A stretch of 64,000 nt of DNA from Anaerolineae bacterium (GTDB taxonomy: Bacteria; Chloroflexota; Anaerolineae; UBA1429), in NCBI GenBank assembly GCA_963675785.1, contig OY776562.1, forward strand, positions 1,344,001-1,408,000, written 5' to 3'. This document shows positions 9,768-17,982 of the stretch, in pieces. The position numbers and the translations under genes were made by a program. Numbering within the stretch: position 1 is the first letter of the stretch; each line of letters begins with the position of its first letter. A model generated the notes under the pieces. The model saw only the letters and a list, made by a program, of their open reading frames with translations. It searched no databases and was not told the DNA's origin.

Positions 9768-10022
9768 ATGATGATGTACCCACATTGGGGAAATTTCACA
9801 GGTTTTTGGGGCTTGTTGGCCGTTCTACTCGGCCTGTTTTTGACCTTGTTGCTGGTAGCGGCAATCGTTATTTTGATTATCTGGCTGGTACGCAAGGCTA
9901 AGGGAGATTCAGCGACCAGGGCCAATCAGCCTTCTGCAAAAGAACTCTTGGCGCAGCGCTATGCACGCGGCGAGATCAACCATGACGAGTTCATACGCAT
10001 AAAAGACGACTTGGATACCTAG
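9768..10022 (+). CDS. SHOCT-domain membrane protein
   Basis: TM helix followed by AKELLAQRYARGEINHDEF. Confidence 0.85.
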   Translation: MMMYPHWGNFTGFWGLLAVLLGLFLTLLLVAAIVILIIWLVRKAKGDSATRANQPSAKELLAQRYARGEINHDEFIRIKDDLDT

Positions 10023-10040
10023 ATCGAAGGTCATTCATTC

Positions 10041-10080
10041 AACCGCCCGACATATCAAAAGTATGTCGGGCGGCTTTGTT
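10041..10080 (+). terminator. Intrinsic terminator
   Basis: CCGCCCGACATA...TATGTCGGGCGG followed by CTTTGTT. Confidence 0.7.
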
Positions 10081-10126
10081 ATTGGGCATTGTCTTGATTG
10101 TGTCAAGAAACAGCACTGATCAGGGA

Positions 10127-10218
10127 ATCAAGCGTTACGCCGATCGGAGATCGAGCGTTACGCCGATCGGGGATCAAGCGTTGCGCCGATCGGGGATCAA
10201 GCGTTGCGCCGATCCCAG
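10127..10218. repeat. Four tandem copies of a 23-bp unit overlapping the AKR stop codon
   Basis: ATC(A/G)AGCGTT(A/G)CGCCGATCGGGG-type units start at 10127, 10150, 10173 and 10196. Confidence 0.9.
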
Positions 10219-11183
10219 GGATACGTCCAGCCGTGGTACCACTTGCTGGCATAGAGCCTGGTCAAGTCCTCGGCAGAAAGGCGCGGCTCGCCAGAGGCGG
10301 CGGCGTTGGCCTCTACATGGGCGATGCGGCGCATGCCGGGAATCACTGTGCTGACAGCCGGGTGGTCAAGGATGAACTTGAGTGCCAGGGTAGCCATATC
10401 GGGGGCGCGATTGCTGAGCGCCTTTTCCACCTGCAGAATATGGGGTTCGGCCTCTTCCAGGCGTTCGGATGTCATCCAACTGGCGCGCCAGTCGCCATCG
10501 GCGAATTGGTGCCCAGCGCGGAACTTGCCGGTCAGCAGGCCCTCCTCAAAGGGCACGCGCACAATGACGCCCACCCCATGCGCTATGGCTGCGGGCAGTA
10601 GCTTTTCGGAAGGGCGCTGCTCAAAAATATTGTAGATTACTTGCACGGTGTCGATGAGGCCGGATTCTATCAGGGTAACGGGGCCGTAGGGATCCCAGTC
10701 GTTGGCCGAGACGCCAAAGGCGCGGATCTTGCCCTGTTCCTTGAGCTTGTTGGCTGCTTCCAGCCAGGCGTCCTCTTTCACCCAGGGGGGCGTCCAGGCG
10801 TGCAGCTGCTGTACATCCACATAATCCATGCCCAGGTTGCGCAGGCTGGTCTCGGTGCATTCAATGATATAGTCAGTCGGGAAGACGTCCTCGATGGATT
10901 CATCGGATAATGCGGGCCAAAGGCCGGTTTTGGTAGGTACCTTGGTGCTGACGGTGATTTCGCTGCGGTGGCTGCCCAGCGCCTTGCCAATGAGTTCTTC
11001 AGAATGACCGTTACCATAGCCCAGAGCTGTATCAAAATGGGTGATGCCCTTATCAAAAGCCTTCTGCAGGCATTCAATGGCCTCTTGATCGTCGCGGGGG
11101 CCCCATCCTCCGCCAATACTCCACGCTCCAAAGCCGATCTCGCTTACCCGAATCCCAGTTTTCCCCAGGGTACGCTGCTTCAT
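10197..11183 (-). CDS. Aldo/keto reductase
   Basis: Start reassigned to MKQRTLGKTG (GGAGG RBS); FDTALGYG, STK, QQLH and IPGMR motifs. Confidence 0.9.
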   Translation of the reverse strand: MKQRTLGKTGIRVSEIGFGAWSIGGGWGPRDDQEAIECLQKAFDKGITHFDTALGYGNGHSEELIGKALGSHRSEITVSTKVPTKTGLWPALSDESIEDVFPTDYIIECTETSLRNLGMDYVDVQQLHAWTPPWVKEDAWLEAANKLKEQGKIRAFGVSANDWDPYGPVTLIESGLIDTVQVIYNIFEQRPSEKLLPAAIAHGVGVIVRVPFEEGLLTGKFRAGHQFADGDWRASWMTSERLEEAEPHILQVEKALSNRAPDMATLALKFILDHPAVSTVIPGMRRIAHVEANAAASGEPRLSAEDLTRLYASKWYHGWTYPWDRRNA

Positions 11184-11250
11184 TCTTATCAACCTCCATG
11201 CTATGCACGCAATCGACGCACAAAAGGAGCGCCGCAGGCGCACTGCCTTT

Positions 11251-11278
11251 ATTGTAACGTGCCCCGGGGGTGTGTCAA
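11251..11278 (-). promoter_or_regulatory. Sigma70-type promoter of the AKR gene
   Basis: TTGACA-16 nt-TACAAT on the minus strand. Confidence 0.6.
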
Positions 11279-11504
11279 TGCCGCCAGCACCCGACAAATG
11301 GCTTATTGGGATGGGCGGCGTACCCTTACACAATCGAGCATACATCCGCCATGGATGTTTCTGCCGTATGTGCGCAACAGCTTGATCGAGTTTACCGCTC
11401 AGACTGGCAGAGTATGAGGATGAGAAGGCCAGCATTCACGCACAGAACCTTGTTTATTCTGTTACGTAATGTATATGCGAGTTGGCAGTACAAGGAGACG
11501 TGAA

Positions 11505-12155
11505 ATGACTATAAGAAAGACCCGCCGGGCCTTTTTAATTGGTGGGAGTGTGTTAGCTCTGGGTGCAGCCGGGGGGTTGGTTTGGGGTCTGCATGCACCA
11601 GAGGATTACAACACGAGCTGGGTTCTGGGGGATGCCGAAGGCAAGCGTGTGCTGGTGGCCTACGCCAGCAAGAGTGGTTCGACCATGGAGATTGCCCGCA
11701 GGATTGGCGAAGAGATGGCTCGTGCTGGCTGGACGGCCGATGTAGCCCCTGCTGAGGAAATCGGAACACTGGCAGGCTATGATGCTGTTGTATTGGGCTC
11801 GGGCATTCGCATAGGCAAACCCTACAAGCCAGCGAGAGATTTTGCGGGGCGTTTTGCTGATGTGCTGGCGGCGCTGCCTACAGCGGCTTTTGCCGTCAGC
11901 CTGAGTGCGGCCTCGCCAGATGAAGAAGCGATGGCCGAAGGTCAGCGTTATGCTCAAGACCTGGGTGCCCTTGTTGATGCCAGGCTGACAGCCAGCATGC
12001 CCGGCGTGAACAATCCCGAAACCCTGGCGCCGATCATCAAGATGGCTTTTCAACAGGTTGATGCAAGTGACCCGAGTTTGCCGCCTGCTGGTGATTATCG
12101 CGATTGGGATTTGGTGCAAAGTTGGGCGGCTGCCCTCGCTTTGGGTCTTGCGTGA
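11505..12155 (+). CDS. Flavodoxin-domain (HemG-like) protein with a Tat-like signal
   Basis: TRRAFLIGG signal; VLVAYASKSGSTMEIA, YDAVVLGS and DYRDWD motifs. Confidence 0.8.
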   Translation: MTIRKTRRAFLIGGSVLALGAAGGLVWGLHAPEDYNTSWVLGDAEGKRVLVAYASKSGSTMEIARRIGEEMARAGWTADVAPAEEIGTLAGYDAVVLGSGIRIGKPYKPARDFAGRFADVLAALPTAAFAVSLSAASPDEEAMAEGQRYAQDLGALVDARLTASMPGVNNPETLAPIIKMAFQQVDASDPSLPPAGDYRDWDLVQSWAAALALGLA

Positions 12156-12172
12156 TAGGTTGCTAAACAAAG

Positions 12173-12204
12173 AACCGCCCCGGTCATAAATGATCGGGGC
12201 GGTT
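12173..12204. terminator. Hairpin terminator between convergent genes
   Basis: AACCGCCCCGGTCA-taaa-TGATCGGGGCGGTT. Confidence 0.7.
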
Positions 12205-12225
12205 GGTGTTTACGGACAGGTAGGG

Positions 12226-12690
12226 CTAGATGAGCTGAAAGCCCTTTTCTTCGATGAGCCATTTACCAAACGACTGGATGCTCAGCATAACAGTGGTAAT
12301 GAAATCATCAAACAGTTCCTTGTGCACACCCAGTTCCAGGTCAATCTGCTCTTCCATGACAATGTCATAGTTACCGCGGCTGGTTGGTGTACTGCGAACA
12401 AAGGCCTTGGGCCAGCGCTTGTTGCGATTGTGTTCGTCGCATAGGACTCTGGCAGTGCTGGCGCTGCGGGGTTCAACTTCTTTATCAAACACGGCACGCA
12501 CATAAAGAATCTCGTGCTTTTGGCCGCCCGCGATCACATTGATCTGATACTTGATGCCCAAATCGCTGTCTGAGAGCAAGAGCACGATATCACCATCGTC
12601 ATCCGTCATGTACTTGAGTTCACGACCCTTGCAATATTCGACGGCCATTCGCTGAATGGTATCGGGGTTGATGTTCACAATGGAGGGCAT
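12226..12690 (-). CDS. YbjN-domain protein
   Basis: DDDGD, CDEHNRNKRWPKAF and QIDLELGVH motifs; paralogous to the adjacent gene. Confidence 0.7.
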   Translation of the reverse strand: MPSIVNINPDTIQRMAVEYCKGRELKYMTDDDGDIVLLLSDSDLGIKYQINVIAGGQKHEILYVRAVFDKEVEPRSASTARVLCDEHNRNKRWPKAFVRSTPTSRGNYDIVMEEQIDLELGVHKELFDDFITTVMLSIQSFGKWLIEEKGFQLI

Positions 12691-12726
12691 GTGTATTCTC
12701 CTTATCCTAAACCAAAGCGAATGGTT

Positions 12727-13167
12727 TTACTTGACCCCGGGGAACTGGTCGGGCAGCCACTCCCAAAACTGAATGCAGGAAGCGATGGTTGTTGTAGTAT
12801 AGCTCTCAAAGAGTTCCTGATGGATTCCCTCGACGAGATCCAGCTCTTGCTCAAGACTAAAGCTAAAGGTATCCTCGCTGGGGGATGTATAGGCTACTGG
12901 CCAGCGCTTTTCTTCGTTCCACTGGTTACAAAGAGCAATGGCCTTGTCGACACGAGCCATATCAAAATCCTTGGTCGAACGACATAGAATCTGGTAGATG
13001 TTACCTTTGCTACCGGTACTGATAAGATGAATAACGAGGTTCAAGTCGGCAAAGGGCAGCACAAGATCACCGTCTTCATCGGTCAAAAAATGCAGATCGT
13101 GATTTCGGCAATAGCGCTGGGCCATCTCGATGACGAGGCCATCGCGATAGAGCTCTACAGCTGGCAT
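12727..13167 (-). CDS. YbjN-domain protein
   Basis: DEDGD, CNQWNEEKRWPVAY and ELDLVEGIH motifs. Confidence 0.7.
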   Translation of the reverse strand: MPAVELYRDGLVIEMAQRYCRNHDLHFLTDEDGDLVLPFADLNLVIHLISTGSKGNIYQILCRSTKDFDMARVDKAIALCNQWNEEKRWPVAYTSPSEDTFSFSLEQELDLVEGIHQELFESYTTTTIASCIQFWEWLPDQFPGVK

Positions 13168-13256
13168 GGACGCATCCTTTCACTGCTTATGCAAAATTAT
13201 ACAAGACCAAACACAAGACAAGTATATGCACTCAACTGTATGATGCAAGCGGTATT

Positions 13257-13832
13257 TCACTCATTTTCATCTACATCGAGCTCGTCATTCGGGATTTCTT
13301 TGGACTCTTCTTCTGCTGGCTCACTATCATTATAAGAGGGCTCGATCAGCAATCCGGGCACTTCGGAGCAATTGATAAAAGCATTCGCAGCCACAATCAT
13401 TTCCCAGGCGGTGCCTTCGTCCGGCCCGATGACGGTAACGGCTTTGTTTCGTGACTGCACTCGTTCGACCACAGCGACGAAATCCGAATCACCGGTTACC
13501 AACACCAAGCGATCAAAGATATCATCGCGGGCTGCTTCGGCGATATCCATGGCCATAATCATGTCGATATCGCTCTTGTAGACACCGATGCTGCGTTCAT
13601 GACTGTTTCGCACAACAATGCGGTCAAACCCCAGAAACTTTAGTTTTACTAAAAAACCGCTCCACCTATCGATATAGGTGGGGCGTGCGACATAAATCCA
13701 GGCACCAACCGGTGTACCATATGCCGCGACCAGACTGATAAGTGCTTCATAATCAATATAACGGCTGACATTGCGGGCACAACGGTATACGTTTTCGGAA
13801 TCGATGGCTAGCAGTACACGTTCTTGAGTCAT
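13257..13832 (-). CDS. NYN-domain (LabA/DUF88) PIN-like ribonuclease
   Basis: IDSENV, KSDIDMIMAMD and LVTGDSDF motifs. Confidence 0.9.
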   Translation of the reverse strand: MTQERVLLAIDSENVYRCARNVSRYIDYEALISLVAAYGTPVGAWIYVARPTYIDRWSGFLVKLKFLGFDRIVVRNSHERSIGVYKSDIDMIMAMDIAEAARDDIFDRLVLVTGDSDFVAVVERVQSRNKAVTVIGPDEGTAWEMIVAANAFINCSEVPGLLIEPSYNDSEPAEEESKEIPNDELDVDENE

Positions 13833-13866
13833 TTAGAACCTTTCCTGGTGGTGTGACGAGCAGAAA

Positions 13867-14658
13867 TCAGCATGGTTCTGCGGCATAGTGCAACAGATGT
13901 TTGCAAAAAATCGGTACGGTATATTCGGCGGATCCTTGTAGCAGGGCGTAAGGTTGACAGGGATAATACCCCTCACCACGAGTTAAGGGTGTGCTCTCCA
14001 GGTTAAACTCGACGATTAGGGCACCCTGTTCATGCGCCCTGGCTGGCAGGTCAGAGGCGGGATAAACATTGGCAGACGTGCCGATGACCAGCATTAAACC
14101 GCAGGCATCCACTGCCTGATGAATCTCTTCCATACAGCGCACGTCTTCGCCAAAGAGCACCATATTGGGTTTGAGTGGATAGTTGCACTTGGGACAGGCG
14201 GGAGCACTTGGCACTGGAAGCAGATATTCGGCTGTAAAAGGGCCAGTGTAGCCGCATTTGAGGCATTGTACGCTGCGGTGGTCGCCGTGTATTTCCAACA
14301 CTCGAAGGCTGCCAGCAATCTGGTGCAGTCCATCCACATTCTGGGTGATGATGGTGGTGGATAAGCCAGCATTTTGCAATTCGGCCAGAGCCAGGTGGGC
14401 AGCGTTGGGGTGCTTATCTCGCAGGTTTTGGGCCAATGCGCGAAACATTTCCCAGCAGAGACTGGGTGAGCGGTAAAAGGTGTCGATGCTGGCATATAGG
14501 TCGGGGTCGAAAACAGACCAGAGACCATCCTTGCTGCGAAAGTCTGGAATGCCGCTTTCCACCGAGATGCCGGCGCCTGTAAGAATGACGATGGGGCCCA
14601 TGTGCAAGTGTAGGGCAGCCAATTGAGCAAGCTCGACTAGCTCAGTAGGTTCATTCAT
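13867..14658 (-). CDS. cobB: NAD-dependent protein deacylase (Sir2/CobB family)
   Basis: TGAGISVESGIPDFR, TQNVDGLH, EIHG, two CxxC pairs and IGTS. Confidence 0.85.
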   Translation of the reverse strand: MNEPTELVELAQLAALHLHMGPIVILTGAGISVESGIPDFRSKDGLWSVFDPDLYASIDTFYRSPSLCWEMFRALAQNLRDKHPNAAHLALAELQNAGLSTTIITQNVDGLHQIAGSLRVLEIHGDHRSVQCLKCGYTGPFTAEYLLPVPSAPACPKCNYPLKPNMVLFGEDVRCMEEIHQAVDACGLMLVIGTSANVYPASDLPARAHEQGALIVEFNLESTPLTRGEGYYPCQPYALLQGSAEYTVPIFCKHLLHYAAEPC

Positions 14659-14850
14659 CTGAGGATCACTATATGAAATAATCAACGGGCACATTGTTCG
14701 GCCTTTTATCCTGGATGTCGCAGTGTGCGATAAATGATTGACATCTGCTTTGATCTACATTATTCTATAAAAGAATCTAGGTAATTATTCGAAAGCGTCT
14801 TTTCAAAAGGGACACCGGTGTGCTAAAAAAGCATCTGGTGATGGGATTGT

Positions 14851-14886
14851 AGACGTCCTCGGGCTAAGCCCGAGGACGTCTTTTTA
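14851..14886. terminator. Hairpin terminator
   Basis: AGACGTCCTCGGGCT-a-AGCCCGAGGACGTCT followed by a T-run. Confidence 0.7.
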
Positions 14887-14920
14887 TTCATCAGACAGCA
14901 CTACTATAACTCGAAATGGA

Positions 14921-15496
14921 CTAGATGTCTCGGATCAAAATACGTCTTTGCCCTTCTAAATAGCGCAAATCCCTATGGAGACGGGCAACGCGCATGTCGA
15001 GTATTTTAACACGCTCTTGAATAGCTAGTTGCTCTTTGCACCTGCGTCGGCAGTATGTTTGTGCAAGCGCCAGGAGAACAGTTCCCCCACTTACAAGGCC
15101 GCAACCGATGCCTACCCACCCCCAACTTGATCTAGCAATGCCAACCAGTATGCTTCCAAGGCCGGCAAGGAGAGGGATAGCAGCATATAACAAAAAAGTT
15201 AACGATCGTCCCCCGTTAGTACTACTTTGAGCGCGGTTCGTTTCGAGTTCCTCTTGTATTTCGACAAGACTTTGAGACAGTAAGGTACACGCCTCGGTAA
15301 TGGCTATAAAATCCGTGCTGGCTTCAGCGGCAGCAGAGTGAGCAGTGGCATTTCCTTTATCATCCAATCCCAGACGCAAAGGGCTGCTACAAACGGGACA
15401 GTTGATCTGAAACGCCGTGCGATTTTCATCTGAGGGGGATGTATCAAGTAGTGGACTCTGACATTCCGGGCAGTATGTAAGCTCTGCAGTCGGCAC
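14921..15496 (-). CDS. Zn-ribbon, two-TM, coiled-coil hypothetical protein
   Basis: CPECQ...CPVCS, two hydrophobic helices, GGAGG RBS before the GTG. Confidence 0.7.
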   Translation of the reverse strand: MPTAELTYCPECQSPLLDTSPSDENRTAFQINCPVCSSPLRLGLDDKGNATAHSAAAEASTDFIAITEACTLLSQSLVEIQEELETNRAQSSTNGGRSLTFLLYAAIPLLAGLGSILVGIARSSWGWVGIGCGLVSGGTVLLALAQTYCRRRCKEQLAIQERVKILDMRVARLHRDLRYLEGQRRILIRDI

Positions 15497-15691
15497 CGAT
15501 CCACCTCCTCTATTATCCAGGATAAGTATCTTGGGCAGGTACGAAAGCCACGCCGGACGTGTCTAACTTATTTCTCATTCTAATTTTGTAGGATACCCGA
15601 CAATAGATTGTTTTACCAGCAAGTTAACGTTAAAGAATCGTTCAAGTTTACATATATTTATGCTTCTCTAGGGCAGAAATTCGACAATATA

Positions 15692-15720
15692 AAAAAGGGC
15701 ACTGGCAATTGCCAGTGCCC
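15692..15720 (-). terminator. Intrinsic terminator
   Basis: GGGCACTGGCAATTGCCAGTGCCC followed by T6 on the minus strand. Confidence 0.75.
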
Positions 15721-15732
15721 AAGAAGACTATC

Positions 15733-16200
15733 TTACGATGCACATTCCGTGCAGTTGCCGCTATTCATACCACGGCCATTGGTGCCCTGAGTACCGATGC
15801 CGGTACCGTCACAAGTGGCGTCTCCTGCACCATTACTATTATTCGAAGCGTTTCCATTGAGCTGTTGCCCGTTGTTGTTGCGCAGACCTTGAGCTCCAGC
15901 ATATCCATAACCTTCGGCAGGGGCATTGTCGCAAATCCCATCGCCATCCTCGTCAACAAAGGCTTCGCCGGTTCCGTCGCAAATGCCATCATTGTCCGTA
16001 TCAGCCCAGGCCCCAAGCCCGGCCTGAACGCCGTTGTATTCGCAAACACAATCTTCATCCAAGAGCTGCTCACGAATTTGCTGACGATTCTGAGTTGTGG
16101 TGGTGTCTACTACTTCGTCCGCAGATACGGCGAATACGCCCAAGCTAGCAACGGCCAACAGTGATAGCGCAAGTGCAACGATTCTCGGTGTACGAGACAT
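15733..16200 (-). CDS. Secreted Cys/Gly/Asn-rich protein with DxDxDG motifs
   Basis: AAGGAG RBS, signal peptide MSRTPRIVALALSLLAVA, and the repeats DTDNDGICDG / DEDGDGICDN. Confidence 0.7.
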   Translation of the reverse strand: MSRTPRIVALALSLLAVASLGVFAVSADEVVDTTTTQNRQQIREQLLDEDCVCEYNGVQAGLGAWADTDNDGICDGTGEAFVDEDGDGICDNAPAEGYGYAGAQGLRNNNGQQLNGNASNNSNGAGDATCDGTGIGTQGTNGRGMNSGNCTECAS

Positions 16201-16596
16201 GTGTGTTTCTCCTTGTTTTGTTCGCGTCCCGATCGCACGGGAGATTCGGTAAGAGTGTATTGGCCTATGCCATTTTGCGATCTGTCCGCGAGCGTTTTTG
16301 CTGTCCGAATCTGTCTTCAATATACCCCCTGGGGGTTTAGTAAATGTTAAGACTTGTTTGGGAACCCAAGTAGACAAGTACGTAGCATTTCAAGATGGGT
16401 GATGGGTGGGCTGGCCATGAATCCATTCCTCCACAAAAAATCATGTTTCTTTTTTAGTATCGTATCATGCTTTCTGTTATATTTGTAGAAATGACAGTCT
16501 TTACTGTTTCAGAATTACATCTATACGAGAATAGGCTTCAGCATATTCATTGTTTTTCATCCCTTTAGATAACCTTGTTTTGATAGGAGCAACCCC

Positions 16597-17022
16597 ATGG
16601 AAAAAGAAACACCCGACCTCTATCGTTTTCCAGCCATTGTCCTTTTCGCCCTTGGTCTACTCGATCTAATACGCGGATTCATGCACACCTTTTTGCTCAC
16701 CTGGTCGGCAGAGCATTTTGCCGGATTCGATCTCGCCACCGTCCCCACCGATCAGCTCTTTTTACTGGGTGTGTTTGGCATCTCGAATCTGTTGACCGGC
16801 CTCATCTACCTGCTCATCTACGCCAAAGCGCGACAACTTGCCCCCTGGATTCTGGCCATCATTCCAATAGCTTATGTCGTCGGTCTGGTGGGCATACGCA
16901 TCTCCGGCGTCGCCGCTCAGGCCACTTTCTCTGGGCGCTACATGATGATGGTTTACCTGGCGGTCAGTGCCATCACCGCCATCATCTTTTTTGTGCGCAG
17001 GAGGCGCACGACGGCAGCATAG
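16597..17022 (+). CDS. Four-TM membrane protein
   Basis: AGGAG RBS, four hydrophobic segments. Confidence 0.75.
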   Translation: MEKETPDLYRFPAIVLFALGLLDLIRGFMHTFLLTWSAEHFAGFDLATVPTDQLFLLGVFGISNLLTGLIYLLIYAKARQLAPWILAIIPIAYVVGLVGIRISGVAAQATFSGRYMMMVYLAVSAITAIIFFVRRRRTTAA

Positions 17023-17164
17023 CCTACTCATAGTGCGAACAGCCACGTCTATGCCACTTTTGTTTTGGTCAGTTAGCTGAAATCAATGTCTGTTTCTTTA
17101 GCAAGCTCGGCCATCTCGATTGGCTCTAGAATGTGAGCATCTAGACTCACTAGAAAGGCAAACC

Positions 17165-17908
17165 GTGGACAGACGTATCCCCCATAACACAGATCTGCCA
17201 CATGTTATCCTTGTCGTCGCTGCCAGCATATTTCTGATTCTGTCTATGGCTTCGTGCAATTCCAGTAATTCCGACGATACCATGATGGATGATGTAGAAA
17301 TAGCAACTGCTACAAAGGAGCCCTCCCCTACCAAAGCAGTGACGACAACGCACACACCTCAACCTATACCCTCTGCAATGGCTACAACCAAGCCGACCGA
17401 CACAGCATTGCCTTCGGCGACCCCTACTGTGGCGTCTACACTTACATCCACATCTCTGCCAACTGATACATCTACGCCTGTGCCAGCCACAGCCACAGCT
17501 ACACTTGCCCCTACCAGAGAACCAACCAAAGTCCCTACCGAGACATCGACTGAATCTCCTACTGAGCAACCAGTAGCTGCCGTCTCAGAGGTGCAGATCA
17601 TCAGCATCTTTTACGACGGCGTTGTCAGTCGTAGCGAACCGGATGAATACTGCGAAATCGCCAACCTGGGCGGAACAGACCAATCGCTGAACGGTTGGCA
17701 TCTCAACGCTGGAAATCCCGGCCAAGATTACTGGTTTGGCGATTATGCTCTGGAAGCCGGGCAGCATTGCCGAGTCTATACCAACGAGAACCATGCAGAA
17801 TGGGGCACCTTGTCATTTGGCTGCGGCACTGCCATCTGGAAAAACAGTGGCGATTGCGGCTACCTCTATGACGCCTCAGGACAGTTGGTCAGCAGTTGGT
17901 GTTACTAG
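17165..17908 (+). CDS. Lamin-tail-domain (LTD) exported protein, probable lipoprotein, with a P/T linker
   Basis: Hydrophobic signal ending MASC, TPT-rich linker, EPDEYCEIAN...LNGW...IWKNSGD; start uncertain. Confidence 0.75.
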   Translation: MDRRIPHNTDLPHVILVVAASIFLILSMASCNSSNSDDTMMDDVEIATATKEPSPTKAVTTTHTPQPIPSAMATTKPTDTALPSATPTVASTLTSTSLPTDTSTPVPATATATLAPTREPTKVPTETSTESPTEQPVAAVSEVQIISIFYDGVVSRSEPDEYCEIANLGGTDQSLNGWHLNAGNPGQDYWFGDYALEAGQHCRVYTNENHAEWGTLSFGCGTAIWKNSGDCGYLYDASGQLVSSWCY

Positions 17909-17925
17909 TCGACAAACATAGAGAT

Positions 17926-17962
17926 AAAAAACACGCGGAGAGATTACGCTCTCCGCGTGTTT
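17926..17962. terminator. Bidirectional terminator
   Basis: AAACACGCGGAGAG...CTCTCCGCGTGTTT between convergent genes. Confidence 0.75.
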
Positions 17963-17982
17963 GCTTATAACTTGTTTGGTGT

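Noticed and set aside
10127-10218. 23-bp repeats as a CRISPR array
   Set aside because: The units are contiguous with no unique spacers and derive from the end of the AKR gene
11184-11435. N-terminal extension of the AKR ORF in the track
   Set aside because: It runs through the gene's own promoter and RBS; the true start is at 11183
13867-14658. Sir2 as an antiphage NADase partner of HerA
   Set aside because: It has classical CobB deacylase motifs with a Zn finger and lies 10 kb from HerA on the opposite strand
16200-16320. c-di-GMP-I riboswitch in the leader of the Cys-rich protein (two GCAAA motifs)
   Set aside because: I could not build the required P2 GNRA/receptor stems; an Rfam scan would settle it
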